A stretch of DNA of 64,000 nt, from contig NIVC01001585.1 in assembly GCA_002269645.1 (NCBI GenBank), positions 124,001 through 188,000 of the forward strand. Direction: 5' to 3'. The DNA comes from Macrostomum lignano (taxonomy: Eukaryota). Below are positions 13,055 to 26,626 of this stretch, one piece after another (the stretch's first letter is position 1; every line of letters begins with the position of its first letter). Below the pieces are notes generated by a model. It was given only the letters and a program-made list of their open reading frames with translations. It had not been told where the DNA came from and ran no database searches. The position numbers and the translations under genes were made by a program.

Positions 13055-13178
13055 CAGACAGACAGACAGACAGACAAACACAGACAGACAGACAGACAGA
13101 CAGACAACAGACAGACAGACAGACAGACACCGACAGACAGACAGACAGACAGATAAACAGATGGGCAGACAGACAGAC

Positions 13179-13215
<37 letters not shown>

Positions 13216-13244
13216 CAGACATGCAGACAGACAGACAGACAGAA

Positions 13245-13281
<37 letters not shown>

Positions 13282-13558
13282 CAGACATGCAGACAGACAG
13301 ACAGACAGACAGACAGACACAAACATGCAGACAGACAGACAGACAGACAGACACAGACATGCAGACAGACAGACAGACAGACAGACACAGACATGCAGAC
13401 AGACAGACAGACAGACACAGACATGCAGACAGACAGACGGACAGACAGACAGACACAAACATGCAGACAGACAGACAGACACAGACATGCAGACAGACAG
13501 ACAGACAGACAGACACAGACATGCAGACAGACAGACAGACAGACAGACACAAACATGC

Positions 13559-13607
<49 letters not shown>

Positions 13608-13764
13608 CAGACATGCAGACAGACAGACAGACACAGACATGCAGACAGACAGACAGACAGACAGACAGACACAGACATGCAGACAGACAGACAGACAGAC
13701 AGACACAGACATGCAGACAGACAGACAGACACAGACATGCAGAAAGACAGACAGACAGACAGAC

Positions 13765-13815
<51 letters not shown>

Positions 13816-13824
13816 CAGACATGC

Positions 13825-13857
<33 letters not shown>

Positions 13858-13858
13858 C

Positions 13859-13889
<31 letters not shown>

Positions 13890-13912
13890 CGAAGACAGAC
13901 AGACAGACACTA

Positions 13913-13949
<37 letters not shown>

Positions 13950-13960
13950 CACAGACACAT
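12490..13960. repeat. (CT)n at about 12490-12532 and compound (GACA)n microsatellite at about 12700-13960
   Basis: Direct reading. Confidence 0.95.
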
Positions 13961-14669
13961 AGGTATAGACGGGCAGACACAGTCAGCCAAGACTCCTGAG
14001 ACAAACAGCGAAGATAAAGGAGAAAATACATTGATTTAGAATCGAAAAGGCATATCGTGAGGATTTTTCGGCTTAAGTACAAGCGCAGATTCCGATGGTA
14101 GGAGGACAGGGCAGGATTGCGAAGAGATTAAGCATGACAGTGCAGTGACCATCCGCTGTTGCATTCAATGATTTGATTGACTATTGATGCTGTGCCCATG
14201 CTGCTAATCTGTACAGTTCTGATGTCGCTCAGTGTCCAATTTTGCACACAGTATTGCAAAGGCCTGAAATGTAAATTGAGCAACGTTTGGAAATTGCCAA
14301 TTACTGCAGTAAGAACCGGATCGATAAGGATGGAAGTTTAACTTCCCAAGGAAGTTCATCCCAATAGAACTGACTGTAAAAGATCGGGTTTCTCAGCCGC
14401 AATTAAACCCTTGATGTCAAGGGTTTAATTGATTTCAATAGGTTTAAATGAATAAGTCAGGTACTTTCTGCTTGGGTAGAAGTGCGTTTACGCAAAATGT
14501 GTCGATTTTACTGAATTTGAGCGTAAACACCTCTCTCTAGGGAGTAAAAATTGAAGACAAATTGCAAATCAAATTTCATGTACATCAGCCCCTTCTTAAA
14601 TAAGCTTATCGAGCTGAAAACAATTAATCATTAGGCCCTTGATTTTCTTCAAAAATTCCTTTGATGTCT

Positions 14670-16065
14670 GAGCAATTCCCCTGTAGCTATCTGAGGTTTC
14701 CCCTGTAGCTATCTGATGTTTTCCCCTGTAGCTATCTGAGGTTTTCCCCTGTAGCTATCTGAGGTTTTCCCCTGTAGCTATCTGAGGTTTTCCCCTGTAG
14801 CTATCTGAGGTTTTCCCCTGTAGCTATCTGAGCAATTCCCCTGTAGCTATCTGAGGTTTCCCCTGTAGCTATCTGAGGTTTTCCCCTGTAGCTATCTGAG
14901 GTTTTCCCCTGCAGCTATCTGAGGTTTTCCCCTGTAGCTATCTGAGGTTTTCCCCTGTAGCTATCTGAGGTTTTCCCCTGTAGCTATCTGAGGTTTTCCC
15001 CTGTAGCTATCTGAGGTTTCCCCTGTAGCTATCTGAGGCTTTCCCCTGTAGCTATCTGAGGTTTTACCCTGTAGCTATCTGAGTTTTCCCCTGTAGCTAT
15101 CTGAAGTTTTACCCTGTAGCTATCTGAGGTTTTCCCCTTTAGCTATCTGAGGTTTTCCCCTGTAGCTATCTGAGGTTTCCCCTGTAGCTATCTGAGGTTT
15201 TCCCCTGTAGCTATCTGAGGTTTTCCCCTGTAGCTATCCGAGGTTTTCCCCTGTAGCTATCTGAGGTTTTCCCCTGCAGCTATCTGAGGTTTTCCCCTGT
15301 AGCTATCTGAGGTTTTTTCCCTGTAGCTATCTGAGGTTTTCCCCTGTAGCTATCCGAGGTTTTCCCCTGCAGCTATCTGAGGTTTTCCCCTGTAGCTATC
15401 TGAGGTTTTCCCTTGTAGCTATCTGATAAAATTCCCTGTAGCCATTAGAGCAATTCCCCTGTAGCTATCTGATAAAATTCCCTGTAGCCATTACAGCAAT
15501 TCCCCTGTAGCTATCTGAGGTTTCCCTGTAGCTATCTGAGGTTTTCCCCTGTAGCTATCTGAGGTTTTCCCCTGTAGCTATCTGAGGTTTTCCCCTGCAG
15601 CTATCTGAGGTTTTCCCCTGTAGCTATCTGAGGTTTTCCCTTGTAGCTATCTGAGGTTTTCCCCTGTAGCTATCTGAGGTTTTCCCCTGTAGCTATCTGA
15701 GGTTTTCCCCTGTAGCTATCTGAGGTTTCCCCTGTAGCTATCTGAGGTTTTCCCCTGCAGCTATCTGAGGTTTTCCCTGTAGCTATCTGAGGTTTTCCCT
15801 TGTAGCTATCTGAGGTTTTCCCCTGTAGCTATCTGAGGTTTTCCCGTGCAGCTATCTGAGGTTTTCTCTGTAGCTATCTGAGGTTTTCCCTGTAGCTATC
15901 TGAGGTTTTCCCCTGTAGCTATCTGAGGTTTTCCCCTGTAGCTATCTGAGGTTTCCCCTGTAGCTATCTGAGGTTTTCCCCTGTAGCTATCTGAGGTTTC
16001 CCCTGTAGCTATCTGAGGTTTTCCCCTGTAGCTATCTGAGGTTTCCCCTGTAGCTATCTGAGGTT
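14670..16065. repeat. 22-23-bp minisatellite (CCCCTGTAGCTATCTGAGGTTTT)
   Basis: About 60 tandem copies. Confidence 0.95.
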
Positions 16066-16609
16066 TTTTGCAGACTGCTCTGTATTGATCTGAGAGCTCT
16101 GCCGCTCTGCTTGCGAGAGAGTTATGAATCAATCACGCATCCGCCCGTCCTTTTTCATTCGTGCGAAAACTAATGCATTTTCCCTTAAAATCAAAACTCA
16201 CTCAGGTTTGCTCTAGTTAAGTACATCTACAACTACTTAGCTGAGCGAAAATGATTGATCGAACTCGTTCCCCTGCTGGGATCATTTTGGCTGGTGTCGC
16301 CAACTAAACTGAAATCGCAATTGACTCGCGCCAGCTAATTGATCCATCCATCATCTGCATGGTTTCAACAGCTCGCAAGAGAGAGCCTGACCTCGAGTTC
16401 GAATAGTTTAGGACCTTTTTGTTGCTAAGGTCGAGAAGAAAGTCGAGCTTTCCCTTGGGGGATATGGGAAGAGAGACTTTGAGAGAACTTTTTCCAGTTC
16501 TCTCGTTAGGGATTTATTGATATCCTGAGCTGCCGAAAAACTGCTGTTACTGGCATCCCTTGCTCTTTTCCTCCGAGACGATTTACTGCACATAACTCTA
16601 ATGACCTGC

Positions 16610-17680
16610 TTTAGAGATGAGTCAGTCAGTCTCAATGTGCTCAGAGATGAGTCAGTCTCAATGTGCTCAGAGATGAGTCAGTCAGTCTCAATGTGCTCAG
16701 AGATGAGTCAGTCAGTCTCAATGTGCTCAGAGATGAGTCAGTCAGTCTCAATGTGCTCAGAGATGAGTCAGTCTCAATGTGCTCAGAGATGAGTCAGTCA
16801 GTCTCAATGTGCTCAGAGATGAGTCAGTCTCAATGTGCTCAGAGATGAGTCAGTCTCAATGTGCTCAGAGATGAGTCAGTCAGTCTCAATTTGCTCAGAG
16901 ATGAGTCAGTCAGTCTCAATGTGCTCAGAGATGAGTCAGTCAGTCTCAATTTGCTCAGAGATGAGTCAGTCAGTCTCAATGTGCTCAGAGATGAGTCAGT
17001 CAGTCTCAATGTGCTCAGAGATTAGTCAGTCTCAATGTGCTCAGAGATTAGTCAGTCTCAATGTGCTCAGAGATTAGTCAGTCTCAATGTGCTCAGAGAT
17101 GAGTCAGTCAGTCTCAATGTGCTCAAAGATGAGTCAGTCTCAATGTGCTCAGAGATTAGTCAGTCTCAATGTGCTCAGAGATGAGTCAGTCAGTCTCAAT
17201 GTGCTCAGAGATGAGTCAGTCAGTCTCAATTTGCTCAGAGATGAGTCAGTCAGTCTCAATGTGCTCAGAGATGAGTCAGTCAGTCTCAATGTGCTCAGAG
17301 ATTAGTCAGTCTCAATGTGCTCAGAGATTAGTCAGTCTCAATGTGCTCAGAGATTAGTCAGTCTCAATGTGCTCAGAGATGAGTCAGTCAGTCTCAATGT
17401 GCTCAAAGATGAGTCAGTCTCAATGTGCTCAGAGATTAGTCAGTCAGTCTCAATGTGCTCAGAGATGAGTCAGTCAGTCTCAATGTGCTCAGAGATGAGT
17501 CAGTCTCAATGTGCTCAGAGATGAGTCAGTCTCAATGGGCTCAGAGATGAGTCAGTCAGTCTCAATGTGCTCAGAGATGAGTCAGTCAGTCTCAATGTGC
17601 TCAGAGATGAGTCAGTCAGTCTCAATGTGCTCAGAGATGAGTCAGTCAGTCTCAATGTGCTCAGAGATGAGTCAGTTAGT
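16610..17680. repeat. 26/30-bp minisatellite (GTGCTCAGAGATGAGTCAGT[CAGT]CTCAAT)
   Basis: Tandem copies differing by one CAGT. Confidence 0.95.
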
Positions 17681-18749
17681 CTCACAATCTAGTAAGGATT
17701 CCCTAAGCTACCCCCAACTGTACTCAGAACCCGAAACGAATTGTAGCGATTGACCACCAAACTGCTTATGCATATTGTTACTCAACTCTCCAAACTGTTC
17801 TCAAACCAACTCGCCTCTTAGCAACTTAGCGACTTTTATGAATCTCTTGAGAGCCAAAACGCGATCTATCGAGCGTTCTGTTCCACCAATCTGGATTTCT
17901 AAAACTGCCTATAGAGAGCTGGCTGATAGTAGTAGAAAGTACAAGTTATGCCCACCCTGAACTTTCTTCCAACAACTCCCAATATTTTGGTGAGGAACAA
18001 AAATAAGTTCATCGAAATTTGAAAGCTCTCAGAGACGCTTTCTAATCTCTCACCCCTGCCCCAGCCCTATAGCCTCTGGGGGTCGCCTCTTTCTCTTCTT
18101 TCACTCTCTAATGGACGCGCCCGGTCTGAGCCAGAGTGAATGAATCGGAAGAAGAGAGATGAAGGATGGCTCCAGCTGGATCGTGCAAAAAAGTTTGAGC
18201 GCAAGAGAGGGGGGGACAGACAACCCTGTGTGGTTTGGGGATTCTGCATCAGTTATATTGGTCTTTTATCTGCTGCTGCAATACTGGAATAAAATTGGCA
18301 CAGAGCATGCAGTTTTATCACTAATGCACTGCCTGTCTACACGTATCACCTCTGAGATGCGCCTGCAGCGATATGATTGTGCTGTGTTAGTCAGATTTCC
18401 CTCGGCAGATGAGGTTGTGCCCGTTCTGCATCAGCTTTGCGATTGGCTTGTCAACAACTATTGCAGAGTGTTTGGTTCTGCAGCTGCGTACACTTCTCAG
18501 TTGATCCCTGTGCTGCTGATCTCTGTACTCCTGACTGCTTTTTCTTGGAGGGGGGGGGTTCATTACCTTTCTTTTGCCTAAACAGGTCTGTGGTCTGTAG
18601 GGTCTGTAGTCCAGTATAACTGATCGGTAGGGTTTTGTTCTATTCTATATAGAAGAGCCAATATTTTGCATGAAAATTCGTCTATACTCGACCAGGAAAT
18701 GTAAACGAAAAGTTCCTATAATTTGTTCTTACTACTGTTTTTGGCACTC

Positions 18750-20935
18750 TTTTTGGCGCCGCAGATACTCATTTTGGCGCCACAGGCACTCATTTTGGCA
18801 TCACATGCACTCATTTTGGCACCACATCCACTCATTTTGGCATCACATGCACTCATTTTGGCACCAAATGCACTCATTTTGGCACCACATGCACTCATTT
18901 TGGCACCACATGCACTCATTTTGGCGCCACATCCACTCATTTTGGCATCACATGCACTTATTTTGGCACCACATCCACTCATTTTGGCATCACATGCACT
19001 CATTTTGGCGCCACATCCACTCATTTTGGCGCCACATCCACTCATTTTGGCACCACATGCACTCATTTTGGCGCCACATCCACTCATTTTGGCGCCACAT
19101 CCACTTTGGCGCCGCAGACTGAACTCATTTTGGCGCCGCAGACTGCACTCATTTTGGCGCCACATCCACTCATTTTGGCATCACATGCACTCATTTTGGC
19201 GCCACATGCACTCATTTTGGCACCACAGCCACTCATTTTGGCACCACATGCACTCATTTTGGCACCACATCCACTTATTTTGGCACCACATGAACTTATT
19301 TTGGCACCACATGCACTTATTTTGGCACCACATCCACTCATTTTGGCGCCGCAAACTGCACTCATTTTGGCGCCGCAGACTGCACTCATTTTGGCACCAC
19401 ATCATCCACTCATTTTGGCACCACATCATCCACTCATTTTGGCACCACATCCACTCATTTTGGCACCACATCCACTCATTTTGGCACCACATCCACTCAT
19501 TTTGGCACCACATGAACTTAGTTTGGCACCACATGAACTCATTTTGGCACCACATGCACTTATTTTGGCACCACATCCACTCATTTTGGCACCACATGCA
19601 CTCATTTTGGCACAACATCATCCACTCATTTTGGCACCACATCATCCACTCATTTCGGCACCGCATCATCCACTCATTTTGGCACCACGTCTTCCACTCA
19701 TTTCGGCGCCACATCATCCACTCATTTTGGCGCCACATGCACTCATTTTGGCGCCACATTAACTAATTTTGGCACCACATGCACTCATTTTGGCACCACA
19801 TCATCCACTCATTTTGGCACCACATCATCCACTCATTTTGGCACCACATCCACTCATTTTGGCGCCACATCCACTCATTTTGGCGCCACATCCACTCATT
19901 TTGGCGCACATCCACTCATTTTGGCACCACATCATCCACTCATTTTGGCACCACATCCACTCATTTTGGCACCACATCCACTCATTTTGGCACCACATCA
20001 TCCACTCATTTTGGCACCACATCCACTCATTTTGGCACCACATCCACTCATTTTGGCGCCACATCATCCACTCATTTTGGCACCACATCATCCACTCATT
20101 TTGGCGCCACATCATCCACTCATTTTGGCACCACATCATCCACTCATTTTGGCACCACATCATCCACTCATTTTGGCACCACATCTTCCACTCATTTTGG
20201 CACCACATCATCCACTCATTTTGGCGCCACATCATCCACTCATTTTGGCACCACATCCACTCATTTTGGCGCCACATGCCACATGCACTCATTTTGGCGC
20301 CACATCCACTTTGGCGCCGCAGTCTGAACTCATTTTGGCACAACATGAACTCATTTTGGCACCACATCATCCACTCATTTTGGCGCCACATCCACTCATT
20401 TTGGCGCCGCAGACTGAACTCATTTTGGCGCCGCAAACTGCACTCATTTTGGCGCCACATCATCCACTCATTTTGGCACCACATCCACTCATTTTGGCGC
20501 CACATGCCACATGCACTCATTTTGGCGCCACATCCACTTTGGCGCCGCAGTCTGAACTCATTTTGGCACAACATGAACTCATTTTGGCACCACATCATCC
20601 ACTCATTTTGGCGCCACATCCACTCATTTTGGCGCCGCAGACTGAACTCATTTTGGCGCCGCAAACTGCACTCATTTTGGCGCCGCAGACTGAACTCATT
20701 TTGGCGCCACATCCACTCATTTTGGCACCACAGGCACTCATTTTGGCGCCACATGCACTCATTTTGGCACCACATCCACTCATTTTGGCGCCGCAAACTG
20801 CACTCATTTTGGCGCCGCAGACTGCACTCATTTTGGCACCACAAGCACTCATTTTGGCACCACAGGCACTCATTTTGGCGCCACATGCACTCATTTTGGC
20901 ACCACATCCACTCATTCTGGCGCCGCAGACTGCAC
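18750..20935. repeat. 21/24-bp minisatellite (CTCATTTTGGC(A/G)CCACATCCA)
   Basis: About 100 tandem copies with variant units. Confidence 0.95.
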
Positions 20936-21499
20936 TCATTTATGTCTACTACTCAGATAGCAACGATATTTAATTGGAAGAATTTTTCCAGATTAAAACT
21001 GAGAGAAATCGCGAAGTTCTGGTAAACTCACTCCAGTGGCTCTGGTTCTAAAGCTTGTCCTTGGCTAAGGATTAAAGGAGCAACTACTTGAAGAGGGGCG
21101 GCGCACTTGAGAATCGACTGCGGCCGCTTCCTACTTATTCATTTAGGAATTTGGAGGCTTTGCTTTTGGCATGTTTCAGCCCGCCCACTCTCTCCTCTGA
21201 CCGCACAGACAGGACCTGTTCAGTCCAATTTTCTGGTGCCCTAGTGCTGCTGCTATAATAACACGGATGAAAACTGGCTGCGGCTGCAGTGGCTTCTGTC
21301 TGACGAATAGAAATACTTTTGGGCCTAGGCGTACTTTTTATTATCCTCGGTTTTTTGCCCGGCCTGAGGGATTATTGATTGGTGGTTTGTTTTCTTCAGG
21401 ATTAGTTGGGTCTATTAGTATGATGGGAATAGTAGTACTTTATAGCCTCGAGGGGTATGAAAATAATGAGCCAGGCATAAGAAAGTAAGGATTTCGCGG

Positions 21500-22150
21500 C
21501 TCTGTAGATCAATATCGATTGATATTTGGGGTCTGTAGATCAATATCGATTGATATTTGGGGTCTGTAGATCAATATCGATTGATATTTGGGGTCTGTAG
21601 ATCAATATCGATTGATAGTTGGGTCTGTAGATCAATATCGATTGACAGTTGGGGTCTATAGATCAATATCGATTGACAGTTGGGTCTGTAGATCAATATC
21701 GATTGACAGTTGGGGTCTGTAGATCAATATCGATTGACAGTTGGGTCTGTAGATCAATATCGATTGACAATTGGAGTCTGTAGATCAATATCGATTGACA
21801 ATTGGAGTCTGTAGATCAATATCGATTGACAGTTGGGTCTGTAGATCAATATCGATTGACAGTTGGGTCTGTAGATCAATATCGATTGACAATTGGAGTC
21901 TGTAGATCAATATCGATTGACAGTTGGGTCTGTAGATCAATATCGATTGACAGTTGGGGTCTGTAGATCAATATCGATTGACAGTTGGGTCTGTAGATCA
22001 ATATCGATTGACAATTGGAGTCTGTAGATCAATATCGATTGACAATTGGAGTCTGTAGATCAATATCGATTGACAGTTGGGTCTGTAGATCAATATCGAT
22101 TGACAGTTGGGTCTGTAGATCAATATCGATTAGCAGGTGGGGTCTTTAGA
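21500..22150. repeat. 30-31-bp minisatellite (GTCTGTAGATCAATATCGATTGACAGTTGG)
   Basis: About 21 tandem copies; internal imperfect palindrome TCAAT-ATCG-ATTGA. Confidence 0.95.
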
Positions 22151-22354
22151 TCAATAAATCGATTTATATATTGAATGATATACAATACAAACCGCATTTA
22201 TACTTGTTCACGATGGACAACCACGCGATCACATGTCGATCACGCACTTATCTGCTCCACTCGTGCAGACAGCTTAGTGCCTGGATTTGACTGCTGAGTA
22301 CAATATCTGCCTTCAGTAAACATACCAACCGATTAAATATTCACAAACTCAGCA

Positions 22355-24746
22355 TTATGTATTCCTGCGCAAAAAGGTGGTATTCCCCAGGGTGAACGGT
22401 AGGACCTTTCTGGTAGCTCCCAGGGTAACCACTCTCATTAATAATCCTCTGTCATCGCATTCGATGCAATTCACTCTCCGACTGTTGATGTGTTTTGTGA
22501 GTGCGTGTTGTAGAAAGTTCCGAACTCTGAACAGACTTTGCTCATGCATTTTTCTTTCTCTTTGACGCTAGAAGCAGCATTGACAGATTGCAAAAACTCC
22601 CTTTTAAGACGGCTTTTATGTTGTTATCTGCCAGTCCTGTCACCATCTATCTGCCAGTCCTGTCACCATCTATCTGCCAGTCCTGTCACTCTGCCTCTAT
22701 CTGCCAGTCCTGTCACTCTGCCTCTATCTGCCAGTCCTGTCACTCTCTATCTGCCATTTCTGTCAGCCTCTATCTGCCAGTCCTGTCACTCTCTATCTGC
22801 CATTTCTGTCAGCCTCTATCTGCCAGTCCTGTCACTCTCTATCTGCCATTTCTGTCAGCCTCTATCTGCCAGTCCTGTCACTCTCTATCTGCCATTTCTG
22901 TCAGCCTCTATCTGCCAGTCCTGTCACTCTCTATCTGCCATTTCTGTCAGCCTCTATCTGCCAGTCCTGTCACTCTGCCTTTATCTGCCAGCCTCTATCT
23001 GCCAGTCCTGTCACTCTCTATCTGCCATTTCTGTCAGCCTCTATCTGCCAGTCCTGTCACCCTCTATCTGCCATTTCTGTCAGCCTCTATCTGCCAGTCC
23101 TGTCACTCTCTATCTGCCATTTCTGTCAGCCTCTATCTGCCAGTCCTGTCACCCTCTATCTGCCAGTCCTGTCACTCTCTATCTGCCAGTCCTGTCACTC
23201 TGCCTTTATCTGCCAGCCTCTATCTGCCAGTCCTGTCACTCTCTATCTGCCAGTCCTGTCACTCTGCCTCTATCTGCCAGTCCTGTCACTCTGCCTCTAT
23301 CTGCCAGTCCTGTCACTCTGCCTCTATCTGCCAGTCCTGTCACCATCTATCTGCCATTTATGTCAGCCTCTATCTGCCAGTCCTGTCACTCTCTATCTGC
23401 CATTTCTGTCAGCCTCTATCTGCCAGTCCTGTCACTCTCTATCTGCCATTTCTGTCAGCCTCTATCTGCCAGTCCTGTCACTCTCTATCTGCCATTTCTG
23501 TCAGCCTCTATCTGCCAGTCCTGTCACTCTCTATCTGCCATTTCTGTCAGCCTCTATCTGCCAGTCCTGTCACCCTCTATCTGCCAGTCTGTCAGCCTCT
23601 ATCTGCCAGTCTGTCAGCCTCTATCTGCCAGTCTGTCAGCCTCTATCTGCCAGTCCTGTCACTCTGCCTTTATCTGCCAGCCTCTATCTGCCAGTCCTGT
23701 CACTCTCTATCTGCCATTTCTGTCAGCCTCTATCTGCCAGTCCTGTCACTCTCTATCTGCCATTTCTGTCAGCCTCTATCTGCCAGTCCTGTCACTCTCT
23801 ATCTGCCATTTCTGTCAGCCTCTATCTGCCAGTCCTGTCACTCTCTATCTGCAATTTCTGTCAGCCTCTATCTGCCAGTCCTGTCACTCTCTATCTGCCA
23901 TTTCTGTCAGCCTCTATCTGCCAGTCCTGTCACCCTCTATCTGCCAGTCTGTCAGCCTCTATCTGCCAGTCTGTCAGCCTCTATCTGCCAGTCCTGTCAC
24001 TCTGCCTTTATCTGCCAGCCTCTATCTGCCAGTCCTGTCACCCTCTATCTGCCATTTCTGTCAGCCTCTATCTGCCAGTCCTGTCACTCTCCATCTGCCA
24101 GCCCTGTCAGCCTCTATCTGCCAGTCCTGTCACTCTCTATCTGCCAGTCCTGTCACCCTCTATCTGCCAGCCCTGTCACTCTCTATCTGCCAGCCCTGTC
24201 ACTCTCTATCTGCCAGCCCTGTCACTCTCTATCTGCCAGCCCTGTCAGCCTCTATCTGCCAGTCCTGTCACCCTCTATCTGCCATTTCTGTCAGCCTCTA
24301 TCTGCCAGTCCTGTCACCCTCTATCTGCCATTTCTGTCAGCCTCTATCTGCCAGTCCTATCATCCCCTGTTAACCACCTCTCCCCGCGATGGCGCAAAAT
24401 CCCACAATTAGCACATATTGTTCCTAATAGTTTGTGCCAATCAAGTTTGTCTGTCTGTCTGCCTCCCGCCAGCAAAGAACCAACTGCCCCGATACCTTGA
24501 GCAGTTTTTTTTCGTCAGCTAATGCAATTCTGAGTCTACTCGAACGAATACTTTTTAAGGACAGAAAATGATTCTCAAAGAACGCTCTGCTTTGGACTTG
24601 AGAAGCTCTTAACTGCAGCGCTGAATAGAGATGAAAATTAGTGAGGGCCTCGGGCTCAGTTGCTGCTACTATAGGAGACACTGAAGCCAAGATACAGCTA
24701 GGCATGTTTTACCTCTGAACGTCTGTAACTTTCCCGCATCATCCAT
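22355..24746 (-). CDS. Putative unknown spliced gene A; exons 24713-24746, 24496-24680, 22567 to 22406 (or to stop at 22355)
   Basis: Phase-compatible GT-AG junctions (32-nt phase-1 intron, then a phase-0 intron holding the 22.6-24.4 kb minisatellite) give MDDAGKLQTFRVSPIVAATEPE...LADEKKLLKRQRERKMHEQSLFRVRNFLQHALTKH.... No family recognised. Confidence 0.45.
22625..24360. repeat. 23-bp minisatellite alternating TCTATCTGCCAGTCCTGTCACTC and TCTATCTGCCATTTCTGTCAGCC (46-bp dimer)
   Basis: Tandem periodicity. Confidence 0.95.
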
Positions 24747-25002
24747 TCTCCCGGCTGAGTGACTCCGCCTGCCGCTTGAGACGCGAAGAGAGAAAAGACG
24801 CGGAAGTAACTGGGGTGAGACAGAGACAGCACTGCTGGGTTCCGTGCACCTGAGCGCTGGGGGCTGGCACTGCCGACACTGAGGCCGGGGTGGGAGGAGA
24901 TGAGGAAAGAGTAGTGGCTTCATACATCCGGGATGGGCAATGCCGGGGGGAACAAAATTAGTATTATGTGAGTACGGGGCAGAGCACTGGTGCTTGAAGA
25001 TA

Positions 25003-25932
<930 letters not shown>

Positions 25933-26626
25933 AAGCAAAAAGCGTGTGTCCGACGGACGAAAAAAGCAAGAATTAATTTTTTTCATTGCTTTGATTCGAT
26001 TTTAAGTTTATTTTTTGGACAAACTATTACAAATTATAAAACCAGTTCACTCCTAACATTCATATCTGTTGGCACGCGAATGAGAATAAATTGTGCTATT
26101 AGCTAGCTATTCAGCCTTTTTACTGCTACTAATGTGCTTATCGATTTATATCAATAGGCTACTACGAGCAATGATCGCGTGATAAAAGTTGTTTTTCCTT
26201 GTTTTGATTCTGAATCCTCTTCCTTCAGTGTACATTGACCGGATTCCCCGTGTGTACATGAGTCTATAATTAGAAAACTAAAAATCAAGGAGGGTTTTCT
26301 TTAGTTAAACTTCTCCCCTCTTATGTACATTGGCCGGAAATACCACTGTGTACATGTATCTATAATTAGAAACTACGTTCTCTCAGAGTGGAAGTGAAGT
26401 GAAACAATCGATCTTTGTGAAAATACCTTTGAGAAGTAGAATAATCAGCCAATCTCTTCTTACATTTCAATGAACATTTGCCTGGAATTCTACTGTGTAC
26501 ACAACATGGGTTGGTTATCTGGAGCTTTCTCCCAGTCTAACAACCCTACAAACTGGAATTCCAATAAATGTACATTGTCCCAGGGTTGACTGTTTTGGGT
26601 TAAGATTTGTAGTCAAAAACTCCCTT

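Noticed and set aside
12483-14082. Long ORFs of 200-600 aa here and at 18.7-21.0, 22.5-24.4, 24.9-26.0, 28.8-29.7, 30.2-31.0, 32.2-33.2, 35.2-36.8, 41.0-41.7, 48.9-49.6 and 55.4-56.4 kb
   Set aside because: They are translations of stop-free micro/minisatellites, open in several frames on both strands. The arrays lie in introns or spacers.
18159-18581. 140-aa plus-strand ORF MKDGSSWIVQ...
   Set aside because: No recognisable motif or supporting splice context; it may be antisense to an exon of the tentative minus-strand gene.
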